Assembly: GCA_964016885.1 (NCBI GenBank)
Contig: OZ024740.1
Location: 26,660,001-26,724,000 of the forward strand
Direction: 5' to 3'
Length of the DNA stretch: 64,000 bases
Source of the DNA: Eledone cirrhosa
Lineage: Eukaryota
Positions 14,061-29,589 of this stretch are shown here, in pieces (the first letter of the stretch is position 1; every line of letters starts with the position of its first letter). Position numbers and translations under genes: made by a program. The notes below the pieces were generated by a model. The model saw only the letters and a program-made list of their open reading frames with translations. It was not told the origin of the DNA and made no database searches.

Positions 14061-14278
14061 TGAAAGGGAGTATTTGAGATTTTACACAATGCAATGATGT
14101 ATTAAAAGTACTATTTTGTTATACAATATTCTAGAAGCAAACATATATTACCTGTCGACTACAAACATTGTGTCGAGTTTTCCATTGTGTCGTAGTTGCA
14201 TCAATTTGTTTTTTCGAGAATTACTATATACACACGTCTGTATATGCAGCCATTATTCAATGCGCAGTCGTGATTCAA

Positions 14279-14314
14279 GTCCTCAGCGTTTCGTGACAAT
14301 ACACTTATCAGGTA
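14279..14314 (-). ncRNA. Degenerate hammerhead-like motif
   Basis: RC gtac-CTGATAA-gtg(tattgt)cac-GAAA-cgctga-ggac; G8 and the cleavage triplet are mutated. Confidence 0.35.
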
Positions 14315-14387
14315 CCTGGATGACTGTAACTCTATAACATTTACTATGTTCATAGTCTGCTGGTCCAAAAATCTCCTACACACACAC

Positions 14388-14478
<91 letters not shown>

Positions 14479-14565
14479 ATATTAAAAGTTTGGTAGAAAT
14501 ATCCAAGAGTAACAGCACTCAGCCCATAGGACGTGTTTAGTGTGAATAATTACAACAGTGACATA

Positions 14566-14615
14566 AACAGGTACTTAAGTTTCGTTGGGTTCTGTACCCC
14601 AACTCACTCAGCTTG

Positions 14616-14617
<2 letters not shown>
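14566..14617 (-). ncRNA. Type I hammerhead ribozyme with a 1-nt core insertion (CUGAGUGA)
   Basis: RC gacaag-CTGAGTGA-gttggg(gtacagaa)cccaac-GAAA-cttaag-TA-cctgtt; island 14476-14618 flanked by (TA)n on both sides. Confidence 0.75.
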
Positions 14618-14677
<60 letters not shown>

Positions 14678-14754
14678 GATCGAGTATCGAAAAATCGGCG
14701 CACGAGTTCACGATAAACAAAATTCGAAATGAGCGGCAGAGGATATATATATAT

Positions 14755-14902
14755 AATATAGAAAGGCTTCTGGAGGACTAGAACTGTTTCATTCGGGAGT
14801 AATCAGTCCTTTAGAAGCCTTTCTATATTAAATATTTATACTCTGCTTTGTATTGAGTACCTTACTTACTATGGTTACCCCCGATTGAACCCGGGATAAA
14901 CT
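14755..14902. repeat. Fold-back element with degenerate HHR (GAAA-cagttc-TA family)
   Basis: Arms aatatagaaaggcttct..aggact / agtcct..agaagcctttctatatt; same family at 57622-57790. Confidence 0.7.
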
Positions 14903-14972
14903 TATATATGTATATATTTTTTTCAAATTCCAACCCGCCCGTCCCCTCAATCTATCTTATTTCTCATTCTTT

Positions 14973-15008
14973 CTTCTGATGAAGGACTAGCGTCCAAAAT
15001 GTTAAGTC
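14973..15008 (+). ncRNA. Degenerate minimal hammerhead (CUGAUGA-A type)
   Basis: ctt-CTGATGA-a-ggac(tagc)gtcc-AAAA-tg-tt-aag; G12 mutated; homologous to the intact copy at 21468-21503. Confidence 0.55.
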
Positions 15009-15118
15009 CCTTTTCCTGCTATATCAAGCGTTAACCTAATATATCCCTTAAATATACTGTACTGATCGCGTTGTTATTTCTGTTTACCTTTTACATACAT
15101 ATATATATATATATATAA

Positions 15119-15193
<75 letters not shown>

Positions 15194-16378
15194 TATGTCA
15201 TTTATTTTGTCTGACTTGTTTAGCTTGACTTGTTTTTTGGCTTAGGTGGCTTATGACTTCTTGACCACCATCTCAGTTTGTATGGCCTTATAACCTATGT
15301 TCATTGCTCTGGTCTTTTTTAGCCCATGGAGCGCTTGCCAGCATGACCCGGAATTTGCGTTACGCTTCGCTTTCTCTACCCGCCGAAATGCGATTCTCGC
15401 TGAATTTATATGCATATAGACGGAACTTGTAAAATCAGCAACATATGTTTAAATATTCCCGCGTAACATGCTGCATACCTACAGAAATAAATATTTACGT
15501 ATACATATATACATGTATTAATATATTCACAGGGATACACACTCGTGCAAAGTTGTATATGTATAGTCATCTTAATATATAAAACTATGAAACATAGAAG
15601 CACACGTTAAGTGTTTTACTGTGGGTATGAGAGATACTATGACACTAGCAGCCTGGAATGGGAAGGGAGAGAGAGTGTTTTGATTTGTAGGACTTTCTGT
15701 CGGTGATGTCCTGCAGTTGCAGAGAACCTGACTCGGTGCACATGTAAAGCGAACTCTTTCAAGCCACTCCTCACTGTAGTTAGGAATAAGCATTATTTGT
15801 CCATTTATGCATAATGATTCTTAGTTTTCAGTATCATCTTATTGAACTGTCAACACCAGTGTTATCATATTGAGCAAATATCATCTTCAGTGATATCAAA
15901 TTCACACGGATCACATGAACTGATATTCCTATTGGAATTTTAATTGATAAATGAAGTGTAAGAAATGTCAACTGTATTCCTTGGTGATCTGCCATGACAG
16001 CTATATAACTGGAATAACTGATTACTTTATTGAACTCGTTAGTCATCTTATTCAAACTTGTATTGTGTGTTAAACTGTAAAAAGACATACGTTTGGCAAA
16101 TAATCTGGACTATGAACATTTCAGGAAAGCTATAGAAGTATAAGGAATATATGATTACATTTAGGGTCGCAGAGCCTGAAATAGCCATGTTTTGCAGAAG
16201 GTTGGGTTATGTTGTATTAGTGTTTTAATATGTTATATCTGGATATGACTTGGGAATAGAATTTTCTAGATGTTGATTAAAGACATCAAAAGAAATAGGA
16301 AGCATTCAACACTTGATGTTCTTTTGCAAGACATAAATAAGTAGGACGGATTATGTTAAATAGAATATATATATATAC

Positions 16379-16455
<77 letters not shown>

Positions 16456-16481
16456 CTATAAATATATATATATATATATAT

Positions 16482-16658
<177 letters not shown>

Positions 16659-17889
16659 TATATATACCTATATATGTGTGTATGTGTATTTGTGTGTATG
16701 TGCGTGCGTGTGTTTGTGTGTGTGTATGTGTGCGTGTGTACGTGTGTGCGTGTGTGTATTAGAAGAGAACTGAAGTTATATATATTAATGTGGAAATATG
16801 ATCAAAAATGAATGAAAAAGTTCGAAGAGAAGAATTATTGGAAGGAATGACATCGTTTAACCTGTAACAGAATAACGTATAAAGAATTTGTGATTATAAC
16901 TCAACATTGCGTTATAATGTAGTTGTAAACGTTCTGAAAAGAGGCATCAAACGAATTGCCAAAGAGAATATCTTGTTCAGCAGACGAAGAAATGATAGAA
17001 TATTACATTGGCAAGAATAAAAATGGTGGAGAAATGATGATTGTTATGGAAAGTATATGGAAAGAAACAAATATAAAATTGCTGTTACATGTCGTTATGT
17101 CGAAATATGATCAGAACTGAATGGAAAAAGATAGATAAAGAAGAAATATTTTGCCGTTTATAGGGAAACCTGAGATTCTATAATCGCTGTATGAGGAGTT
17201 GCAGAGAATGGAATTGGTGGATGGATGAAAAAAGTCACTTAAAAAGCACATTTGAATGACAACTTGACATGTATAAATAATATCTCATAACATTAACACG
17301 AGATCATTCATTTTGCAAGAGTTTACAGTTACATTAATCGCTCCCCATATTTTACTGGTACTTAGTTCATCGAATAGAAAGTATTAAGAGTATGGTGTAC
17401 AATAAGGCGTTCGATGTTGACAGTTCAGATAAAATAACTATATAGATTGTGGAAATGTGACGTAATCTTTGCATGTTTGAATATCAACATGCATGGAGAA
17501 AGAATAATATTGGAGTTGAAATTGACCAAATCAAAATCAGTGGATTTAATACATTGACCAGCACAAGGATAATTGTTCTGATTTTACATTGCCTTCATCT
17601 AAATTGACTTCAAAAATATGGAAGGATGAGGAAAAGAAGAGTAAGTATGTGTAGCAAGGTTGTTGGTGTCACTGCATCTTTTGTTATCTTATTCAATAAT
17701 TCACTGTCAGTCTGTCTATCATTTAGTATTAGTATAATGTCAAATTCCTTTCATCAAAATAAAGTATGCGAAATATTTAAGGTCTCCTGAATGCGTATGT
17801 ATGTAAGTATATATGTATAAAATATGTATACAGTATGGATGCATGCATGTATATGTATATATCTGTCTCTGTGTGTGTATATGTGTGCG

Positions 17890-17980
<91 letters not shown>

Positions 17981-18081
17981 GTGTGTGTGCGTGTGTATTT
18001 ATGGTAAATACCGCCTTCTGACAAGATACGTTGGTAGGAATGTTTGAAGACTCTGTCCCACGACACTCTCAGAAATATATG

Positions 18082-18180
18082 GAAGAAGAAGAAGAAGAAG
18101 AAGAAGAAGAAGAAGAAGAAGAAGAAGAAGAAGAAGAAGAAGAAGAAGAAGAAGAAGAAGAAGAAGAAGAAGAAGAAGAA
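18082..18180. repeat. (GAA)n microsatellite
   Basis: About 33 perfect GAA units. Confidence 0.95.
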
Positions 18181-18890
18181 TACTGGGCGCCTGTCATCTG
18201 AAATGTTGATAGGCGCTCACTGCCTCAAACTAGTTGGGCAATACGATTCGTGGAAATATCTCTCTAGAGTTCTATAGAGGACTAATGATAGGAAAGTGTA
18301 ATGAGGTTCTTGGGGAAAGTATAGGTGTCACAAAATCCAACTGACCAGAACTTTCGAGCAGGTGATTGACGGAGAAGGTTCGAGCCAGAGACTATGTATA
18401 ATGTCCAGAAATCCCTGGCTCTGCAGTGCTACCGGAGGTCACTGCTTGTACGAGACAAACTCTACATAAATGGGAGTGCTGCCGGACCTACCTGTAGGGA
18501 AATGCTCCCAGAGCGATGAGATCATTCTACACACACTCGTCCAGTGTCCGTGCATTATTGAGTTGTGGAGTTTTATCGAACAGCTATTATCGACTGTAGG
18601 TCGGATCAAGCTATAGACCAAGTCCTTTGTGAAGATCGCGCCGCCGTCTTCTTTAGCTGAGTAGGGCAAATAATACTCCTTTGTTTTGTGGCTTTTAGCG
18701 AAAGAGGTTTTGTGGTTGAAGCGAGTGAAAGGACGGAAGACAGAAACTTTTCTCTTCCATTAAGCCAGCATCAACATTTTCAAGTTCCACTTGGAAAGGC
18801 AAGTGAAGGTGCTGTGGAAAGTGCTGCCCTGGTACATTTGTAAAAATGTGGGTGGTTGCAGCGAAGATGGCCATACGCCCTTCTACCTCT
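18181..18890 (+). pseudogene. Old 3' fragment of a Tx1/L1-clade ORF2
   Basis: Recognisably homologous to about 9550-10250 (cagaaatccctggc..cagtgctaccg..cgagacaaactctac; cagtgtccg; gcgaaagaggttttgtgg; aagatggcc). Confidence 0.8.
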
Positions 18891-19004
18891 AACTAACCTA
18901 TACAAAGTTACAGTTCCTCCTCTAATTGATAAGAGCCAGCACTACAAATATTGCTGATACTACATCTAACAATACAACCGCCATCGATACGACCGCATTC
19001 ATTA

Positions 19005-20615
19005 ACACCTCCACCACCACCTCCTTCACTAACACTTCCAGCACTACCTCCTTCCCTAACACCTCCACCACCGCCACTTACACCACCACCTCCACCACCA
19101 CCTCCTTCCCTAACACCTCCACCACCACCACCTCCTTCACTAACACCTCCACCACCACCACCACCACCTCCTTCGTACCACCACCACCTCCTTCGCACCA
19201 CCACCACCTCCTTCGCACCACCACCACCTCCTTCGTACCACCTCCACCACCACCTTCGCACTACCACCACCTCCTTCGCACCACCACCACCACCTCCTTC
19301 GTACCACCACCACCTCCTTCGCACCACCACCACCTCATTCGCACCACCTCCACCACCTCTTCGCACCACCACCACCTCATTCGTACCACCACCACCGCCT
19401 CATTCGTCCCAGCTCCACCACCTCCTTCGCACCACCACCGCCTCCTTCGCACCACCTCATTCACACCACCACCACCACTTCCTTCGCACCACCACCACCA
19501 CCTCCTTCGCACCACCACCACTAGCTCAAAAACTATTTAAACTACCACCTCCACCAATACCACCTCCTTCCGCAACACCTCCACCACCATCAACACTACA
19601 ACAACAACACCAACGGCAACAATAGGCAAATAAATCAGTTCACAATTGATAATGTAAAACAATATCCACAAGAAACATCTCAATAAAGGCAACAATAATG
19701 ACAACAACAACAATAACAATAACAACAACAATAACAACAATAACAACAATAACAGCAACACTAACACAGATAACAACAATAACAGCAACAATAACAACAA
19801 TAACAACAAAAATAACAACACACAACAACAATAACAGCAACAATAAAACAACAATAAAACAACAGCAAAAATAACAACAATAACAAAAATAACAACAACA
19901 ATAACAACAATAACAACAACAATAACAACACAACAACAATAACAACAATAACAACAACAGCAACAATAACAACAATAACAACAACAATAACAACAACAAT
20001 AACAACAACAGCAACAATAACAACAATAACAACAACAGCAACAATAACAACAATAACAACAACAACAACAGCAACAATAACAACAACAACAACAACAACA
20101 ATAACAGCAACAATAACATTAACAATAACAACAACAACAACAACAATAACAACAATAACAATAACAGCAACAGTAACAACAATAACAACAATAACAAGAA
20201 ACAATAACACCAGCAACAACACCAGCAATAACAACAATAATAACAACAATAACAACAACAATAACAACAACAACAACAACAACAACAATAATAACGGCAA
20301 CAATAAACATATCAATAGCATTGAAAACAATGGTAGTGGTAGTGGTGGTCGTGGTTGTAGTGGTGGTAGTGGTGGTGGTGGTGGTTTTGTTGGTAGTGCT
20401 GGTGGTGGTGGTGGTTTTGGTGGTAGTGGTGGTGGTGGTGGTGGTGGTGGTGGTGGTTAAGGTGGTAGTGGTGGTTGTGGTGGTGGTGGTGCTGGTTTTG
20501 GTGGTAGTGGTGGTGGTGGTGGTGATGGTAGTCGTGGTGGTGGTTGTGGTGGTGATGGTGCTGTTACTTGTGCTGGTGATGGTGGTTGTGGTGGTGGTGA
20601 TGTTGGTGGTCGTCG
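19005..20615. repeat. Compound low-complexity block: (CCA)-rich minisatellite, (AAC/AAT)n, then (GGT)n
   Basis: cctccttcgcaccaccacca-type units 19150-19520; AAC/AAT 19690-20305; GGT 20330-20610. Confidence 0.9.
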
Positions 20616-20652
20616 TCATTGTAAAGGATTTGTATTGATGTTGGGTTTGATT

Positions 20653-20834
20653 GGCAGAATCGGTAGAGCGTCAGACACTATGCTTTGCTGTATAGAGTTA
20701 TGGCCCTTTACGTTCTGAGTTCAAATTCCGCCATGGTTAACTTTGCCTTTCATTCTTACGGTGTAGATAACATAAAGTACCGGTAATGTACTGGGTTAAT
20801 TGCTGGCCTTGTGCCAAAAGTAGAAACAATTATT
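20653..20834 (+). mobile_element. SINE family A, near full length
   Basis: ggcagaatcggtagagcgtc (A-box-like) ... gttctgagttcaaattcc (B-box-like) ... ggccttgtgccaaaagtagaaacaattatt. Confidence 0.85.
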
Positions 20835-21066
20835 GCTGTTGGGGGCTGCTGGTTGTCCAGGTGGAATTGATACTTGTGATATAATGTCTTATTGTGATAA
20901 GGTGCTTCTGGCGTTGCTACCGATGGCAATGGCTGAAATGCTCTTGCTGGTAATGCTCTTGTTTCATTACTTGTTGTGTTGGTTATTGCAGCCAAGGACA
21001 TGTAAACATATTTATACACAGACACACACATACATGGAAACACACACACACAAAAACACACAAACG

Positions 21067-21102
<36 letters not shown>

Positions 21103-21204
21103 ACAGCTCACACCTATGCAGGTTTAGCTGGCCTCCTCCAAGGTATATCTCTTTGGAGGTGTCTTGGGTAATTTTAATGATAGGGACCCCAGTCCTATCA
21201 TCTC

Positions 21205-21339
21205 ATTTCTACAGCTGAGTAAACTGGAGCAACATGAAATAAAGTGTCTTGCTCAAGGAAACAACACATCACCCAGCCGAGAATTAAACTCACAACTTTT
21301 CGATTGCAAGCCCAATGCTCTAACCACTAAGCCACGCGC
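21205..21339 (-). mobile_element. tRNA-derived SINE family B (CORE-like central domain)
   Basis: RC gcgtggcttagtggttagagc (A box) ...gtgagtttaattctc... ttccttgagcaagacactttatttcatgttgctccagtttactcagctg; second copy at 36008-36292. Confidence 0.75.
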
Positions 21340-21467
21340 ATATATATGTGTGTGTGTGTGTGTGTGTTTGTGTGTGTATGAGTGTGTGTGTGTGTGTGTG
21401 AAAAAAGCCAACGATACAGCACATTGAAGAAATATAATATTTTAATGCATGAAATTGCAAGAAAAGC

Positions 21468-21503
21468 CTTTTAACGTTTCGGACATTAGTCCTTCATCAG
21501 AAG
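21468..21503 (-). ncRNA. Minimal type I hammerhead (CUGAUGA-A type)
   Basis: RC ctt-CTGATGA-a-ggac(taat)gtcc-GAAA-cg-TT-aaaag; same architecture as the HHR at the Neptune-like PLE 3' end. Confidence 0.75.
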
Positions 21504-21835
21504 TGTAATTCTAGTGTTATTACTATCTTTTGTGTGTGTTTGGTGTGTGGATGTTTTCACCAATCGGTTGACTGTAAAAATGTGAAATAAAATGTCCGTA
21601 AATCGAACTCGTGTCAATATGGCCATGAGTCTAACACACTAACTAATAGTCCACGCACATTCATAGATATATATAGAGATACACACTCAAACATATTCAC
21701 ACACATACATACAAACGTACACACACACAGACACACTGATACTCATACATGCGTGTGTGCATGTGTATTTAAATAAAGCATATAAATATGCATAAGTAGA
21801 AAGTGAAACATGAAGATATTTAAATATATATACAC

Positions 21836-22017
<182 letters not shown>

Positions 22018-22663
22018 TGTCTGTCTGTATGTGAGAGAGAGAATGTGTGTTTGTCAATATGTCTCCTGGCAGAATTCACAAGAACAATATATATTCAATT
22101 TATTTGATTCTCCAACTGATTGAGTTGGTGATTTAATTTTGGTGCCTGCTGGGTCTTTTCCCTTGGGGTGGGTACTAAATATAAATAAGAAAGCATTAAA
22201 GGTCTATCAACATGGGAGAGAGTGGGGCAGACAGGAATTGAACGAAAACGAGGCAAAAATGGACGCCATGTCTATCTATGTATGAAACTATTCTTCTACT
22301 ATTATTATATTTGTTGTTTTTGTCGCTGCAGTAATGATTGTTGGCAATATTGTTCTTGCAGTTGTTTGTATAAGGGGGTATTGTTCTCTCTGTCTCGGTT
22401 GCTACTATTGTTGTTCTTAATGTTGTTAATTTTGATAATATATGCCGGTCTCTTCTCTACGTGGTGTTTTAAGGTCGCAAATGTTGCATCATTAATTCAA
22501 GTAATAAATCGTCCGTGTAGAATTCCAATAAAATATTCAATACTCCAATACACTTTAGTGAATTCCGGGGCATTTCATGTAGAATCAAATACACAGCTAG
22601 AACAGGGATATACATAAATACACACATACATATATACATACACACAGATACACACACACACAA

Positions 22664-22720
<57 letters not shown>

Positions 22721-22780
22721 TATATATATACATACATATAACTATATATATATAAAGATGTATTTGCATACATACATAAT

Positions 22781-22877
<97 letters not shown>

Positions 22878-22910
22878 TATATATATGCATATATATATAT
22901 ATACATATAC

Positions 22911-22944
<34 letters not shown>

Positions 22945-23025
22945 GCATATATATATATATACATATATATATATACATACATATATATATATATATAATA
23001 TATATATATATATACGTATATATAC

Positions 23026-23073
<48 letters not shown>

Positions 23074-23097
23074 TATATATATATACGTATATATACG

Positions 23098-23171
<74 letters not shown>

Positions 23172-23780
23172 CATATATATATAATATATATATATATACG
23201 TATATACATATATTATATATACAATATATATACCAATATCTATAAATACATTTAATTGAATACAGACACAACACATACACAGATATATGTATATAATTAT
23301 GTGTACATGTATGTATGCCACCCCCTCTCTCTCTCCCTTTTCTCCCCCTCCCTCTCTCTCTCTATCTCTTTCTCCCCCTCTCTATCTCTCCCTCTCTCTC
23401 TCTCTGTAATGCACCAACAGACACATATATGCTGCCATTCGATCACAGCAGCTCTCTCTTTCAAAATTCAACGTCAGCAATTTATTGAATAATTTCTCAG
23501 TACATGTAATACTGTAAGCTGCAGTTCACTGGAATATCGGAATATAGGAATTATAGAACAGATCTTCTGGGAATGACGCCCATTGATATTTATTCTATAA
23601 CGCATGTAGTTCTCACGTTTGTCTTTTAATGCCAGTGCACTCATTTAGGTTCTATAGAATGGACAGTTTGATGCGTGTTAAGTTGTATCCCACCCTCCAC
23701 GACAAACGCACAGACACATACACTCTCACACATACACACACACACGCGCGCACACTCACACATTCACTCACACACACACA

Positions 23781-23874
<94 letters not shown>

Positions 23875-23878
23875 AAGA

Positions 23879-23999
23879 GTCAGAACCCCGACGGCAGAGC
23901 TCAAGCCGTTTCGACAGCTATTTCTGGACCATTTCTGGAGGTATTTCAGTCCAGAAATAGCTGTCGAAACGACTTGAGCTCTGCCGTCGTGATTCTGAC
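23879..23999. repeat. Fold-back (51-bp arms) of an HHR 3'-half family (GAAA-cggc-TT-gagctc)
   Basis: 23879-23929 is the reverse complement of 23949-23999; same family at 31344-31390 and 54092-54180, all beside (TA)n. Confidence 0.8.
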
Positions 24000-24339
24000 T
24001 TTTTTCCTATTACCCACTCTACTATCCATGGACGAGTTCTCTCCGGCGGTCTCTGTCCCTCATTATCGCTGCCATGTCCTGCGTCTCCAACAGACCAGTG
24101 TCTGTCCTTAGGGCATCAAAATACGTTAACCTTGGTCTTCCTCTTCCAGTGTGTCCATATATATATATTATACAAAATGTTAATAAATGAAAAATATTCT
24201 CTTAATCAAAATATATATTTTATTATGCATATTTCAAAGGTACAATGGTGTTTAAGTACGTTTTCATCAGACAGAATATTATATTTGATATGATATACCG
24301 CTACGGTCTTGATTATTCAATTCCTGTATTGGTTTATTG

Positions 24340-24391
<52 letters not shown>

Positions 24392-24630
24392 GTTACTGAT
24401 TGTGGTATGTAGGCCTCGAATCGTTTCAAAAATGTTAAGATTGATCCTAGGATTTCATATACTTACTTCCAAAAGGCTATATCTATATATTAGTGACAGG
24501 TGTACACTTAAGTAAATTAGCCGATTGCCAATTAATCGCTCTTGCCTCTAGGGCCGATTCGATTAATCACGCGTCGACTTTCTATAATGTAATTATATAT
24601 TATGATATGAAAATTAATATTACACTGTAC

Positions 24631-24856
24631 TTAAACCTTTAGCATTTACGTTACTCTATATGTATTATTGTAATTTCATGGTAAATGCTTTATCTCACAT
24701 AATTATCTCACATAATATCGAATCTGAGATTTTGATATTATTTATTTTGAGAGCAATACCTTAACATAAGTATGAGAAGGTGGTTACGGCCGGTTGGCAC
24801 AGAAAGAGGTGAGAGAATTCTGGCCTGATACGGCTGTTTAAATTCTAAAGGGTTAA
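24631..24856. mobile_element. piggyBac-like MITE
   Basis: TTAA-acctttagcattta ... taaattctaaaggg-TTAA: imperfect TIRs and TTAA target duplication. Confidence 0.75.
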
Positions 24857-25738
24857 TTATGCTGCTATATATAATGTCAATATTTGCCGAGGTTTTCCAG
24901 TTGATCTTGAAAGAATGCTTCCATTTTCGTTTATCAATTTCCCAAAATAAGAGGTGTGATTGTAAAATTCTTTTCATAATAACATGGTGATTCTCTCTGG
25001 CAAGAAGATGGGTGACGGTTAATTTAATCTATACCACAAAAACGATTGCTGCTAGTTTATAAGGATACATTATAAGGATGCATTTAGGAAGCATACTTTG
25101 ATGATTCTGCAAAAAAGACAAATTTTGTTGAGTATTCTGTCATATTTCGGCTCTCCGACCTCGTTGCGCAAGAGCAAGAAGAAGACTCAGCCATCTACAT
25201 TGCGTAGGTAGTTCGTTTGAAGTAAAACTGTGAGGCTCATCGTCGAAACTGACAGAGATCCCATGACATTTATTTCCAGTTTATAATAATTAAAAGTCTT
25301 AAACAAGACTTTTATACACAATTTTTACAAAATTAATATGGACTTCATTTTAACTAATTCAATAATGGCAGCAGTTATGAAAATATTCTGTTTATGCTTC
25401 TATCAACAACCAGCAAATATGTGTTTCTATTTCTTCGTTTGGTGTTGTTATAGTTTATGTGTTTGTTGTGATGTAATTATGTTTGTTGTTGATCAAATCA
25501 ACAGTCATTCTTGCCAAATATCCATTCCGACAGTTATTGTCTTCTGATCATGTCATGGCGTACATATGCTACATATATATCTCTTAATCACTTTTCTGTG
25601 TATGTTTGATACCTGTGAATAAATATATGCACACACTCATATACATACGTACATACACTCATATACATACATACATACACTCATATACATACATTACATA
25701 CATACATGGATACATAAATTATACCTATAAATATATAC

Positions 25739-25809
<71 letters not shown>

Positions 25810-25953
25810 CATACATACACACATACATATAAACATAAATGCATACATACAAATATATATATAAATACATGTATTTCTCTATATATATGTGTGTGTGTGT
25901 ATGTATGTATATATATACATATGTATATGTATGTGTGAAAGTGTGTTTATGTG

Positions 25954-25992
<39 letters not shown>

Positions 25993-26008
25993 TTACATAC
26001 ACACACAA

Positions 26009-26041
<33 letters not shown>

Positions 26042-26801
26042 AATATATATGTATTTGTATTTGAAAGGAGTTGATTTAATTAATTTAATACGCCAACACA
26101 CACACACAAATTGCGATAAAGGTCTGCATGTGTGTGTATACGTGCGTGTGTATGTGTGTGTGTGTGGAAGTGGGAAAGAGATAGAGGAAGAGTGAGAAAG
26201 AGGGAGATATATATAGTGGGGGGGGGGTGCCTGATTGAGTATTTCTGTGATTCATGTACATGTGATTCCGTATATTTCAACTATGCAAATCAGTGATTAA
26301 TCTAATTTATACATTGCATATACGTTGTTGCTTCCATATTTGTAGATTTACGAAAATATATAGCAAACAGGGGGAGATAAAGCAGACAGAGCTATGTTTC
26401 GTACTGATTGGCACTTATCAAAGCCAAGTACCCCACCTGTTTGCTGAAAATCATGAATGTTTGATTCTTATAGAATTTCTAGTAATAATCAAGAACTGAT
26501 TATACAGAGCGGTTACCGGTCAAGCAGAAATTGAAAATTAGAATTGGCGCTCTGAAATAGCTATATATATATATGAATGTATATATAGTGTACCAATCAG
26601 TACGAAACATAGCTCTGTCAGCTTTATCTCCCCCTGTTTGCTGAAAATTTAAAGTAAGTGAGACTGTCACTACTCTAAAACAATAGTGTATTGCAAAATA
26701 CACTATATATATACAATCATATATATATATATATGGGTGTGTGTATATATTCTCTCTCTCTATATATATATAACATATATGTATATGTGTATACATATAT
26801 A

Positions 26802-26894
<93 letters not shown>

Positions 26895-26898
26895 AAAT

Positions 26899-26958
<60 letters not shown>

Positions 26959-26984
26959 TAAAATAACAGATTAAAGTTTAAGCA

Positions 26985-27022
26985 AAGAATCGCTGCTTTC
27001 ACCCTTAACGGGATCTTCTGAA
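26985..27022 (-). ncRNA. Degenerate hammerhead-like motif
   Basis: RC CAGAAGA-tccc(gttaa)gggt-GAAA-gcagcga-TT; U4 mutated; island bounded by (TA)n. Confidence 0.3.
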
Positions 27023-27107
27023 ACTAACAAAGTCAATCTGTAAACGCAGAATTGGATATTTCAAAAAACGTTGCAACCGGAGGAAGACAGGAAGACGATT
27101 ATATTAT

Positions 27108-27277
<170 letters not shown>

Positions 27278-27290
27278 ATACTTATACATA

Positions 27291-27400
27291 GTTAGCACCC
27301 CGAACGCTTAATTAGGAATATACTCCCTTATTTCCTAATGTTTGTTGAGTGAGTTGGGATTTGGCCGGAGTATCGCTATTAGCTTTCTCCGATAATGTAG
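27291..27400 (-). repeat. (TA)n-bounded repeat with HHR-like 3' half (GAAA-gc-TA)
   Basis: Homologous to 47941-48050; RC tcgga-GAAA-gc-TA-atagcg. Confidence 0.55.
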
Positions 27401-28125
<725 letters not shown>

Positions 28126-28387
28126 CTGACATATATATATATACCCATACAAACATACACCCCACCCTAGAATTTTCAGGCCTACATTCACAATGATATG
28201 GATACATATTCGTCGTAGTTATGTGACTGCGATACAAAGAAGATAAGTGGTGTGTTGATTCTAATTTATTAATGAATGATATCGTCAATATATAATTAGT
28301 GATCCAAACATTCTCCTGCTATTCCTTTTGAATATGCACACACACACAAATATATATGCGTGTGTGTGTATATATATATATGTGTGA

Positions 28388-28423
<36 letters not shown>

Positions 28424-28577
28424 GTGTGTGTGTGTAAACATATATATACATATCATGGATGTCGTATCACTCTCGAGTATGCCCATATATATATATATAT
28501 ATATACATTATGAAGAGAGAAGAAACATTTAGATATAATTAGTAATAAAATGTATCATACCTAAACTGCTCCTAAAT

Positions 28578-28667
28578 TCCTCGACTACGTAGTTTCGTGG
28601 CATAAACAAAAACAATATATCATAAAGATATAGAGTCCTTGCGAGGTCTGCCGACTTATCAAGAGGA
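28578..28667 (-). ncRNA. Type I hammerhead, U3-A8 core variant (UUGAUAA)
   Basis: Reverse complement of the motif at 29590-29679. Confidence 0.75.
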
Positions 28668-29172
28668 TACCTCATTTTACTAGTCTCAAGAACGCGTCTA
28701 CACGACGTGAGAAAGAATCCCAAAAGGCGGAGGGGGAGATAGTCACGCGATATAACGGTCGAGAAACAGAGCTAAGCCTCTTATAACCCCGAAGAAAATA
28801 CCACGGAGGCGGAGGGGGTATTTATATCGAGGCCGTAGAAGAGGTGGTGAAGAAGGCGAGAAGTATGAGTAATGGAAGCTTTCCAGCTGTCCCCACACTT
28901 CAAAGATTGCTCGACCAGAGGGAGTTATTAACAATATATTTAGAAACACACAGATACATGCGGACACACACATATATACATGAATGCATTCGCACCCAAC
29001 TGTGAGTTAAGGGTGCCAACTTCACCGATGTTGCTCAATGAATGACTGGGACAGACCAATTCAGTTGAACTAGACTGAACCAGTATCAGAGTTAAAAATA
29101 CATTATGAAGAGAGAAGAAACATTTAGATATAATTAGTAATAAAATGTATCATACCTAAACTGCTCCTAAAT

Positions 29173-29262
29173 TCCTCGACTACGTAGTTTCGTGGCATAA
29201 ACAAAAACAATATATCATAAAGATATAGAGTCCTTGCGAGGTCTGCCGACTTATCAAGAGGA
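29173..29262 (-). ncRNA. Type I hammerhead, U3-A8 core variant (UUGAUAA)
   Basis: Reverse complement of the motif at 29590-29679; 595 nt from the 28578 copy. Confidence 0.75.
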
Positions 29263-29589
29263 TACCTCATTTTACTAGTCTCAAGAACGCGTCTACACGA
29301 CGTGAGAAAGAATCCCAAAAGGCGGAGGGGGAGATAGTCACGCGATATAACGGTTGAAGTGTGGGGACAGCTGGAAAGCTTCCATTACTCATACTTCTCG
29401 CCTTCTTCACCACCTCTTCTACGGCCTCGATATAAATACCCCCTCCGCCTCCGTGGTATTTTCTTCGGGGTTATAAGAGGCTTAGCTCTGTTTCTCGACC
29501 GTTATATCGCGTGACTATCTCCCCCTCCGCCTTTTGGGATTCTTTCTCACGTCGTGTAGACGCGTTCTTGAGACTAGTAAAATGAGGTA

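Noticed and set aside
15610-16085. Possible host exon on the minus strand (ttttacag acceptor, 84-aa ORF)
   Set aside because: No recognisable protein motif or matching donor; cannot be supported without RNA data.
16770-17646. Purine-rich stretch ending in gtaagt, possible exon or old LINE
   Set aside because: Stops in all frames examined and no identifiable motif.
18908-20638. Long Pro/Thr/His/Leu/Val-rich ORFs (mucin- or extensin-like)
   Set aside because: Open in several frames on both strands because of triplet repeats; no splice or domain evidence.
20653-20730. tRNA genes suggested by A/B boxes
   Set aside because: The boxes belong to multi-copy SINE heads; no complete cloverleaf.
25228-25260. 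CTGTGA-ggc..gtc-GAAA-ctgacag hammerhead-like motif
   Set aside because: Core deletion, no UH triplet, no stem I, and not in a TA-bounded island.
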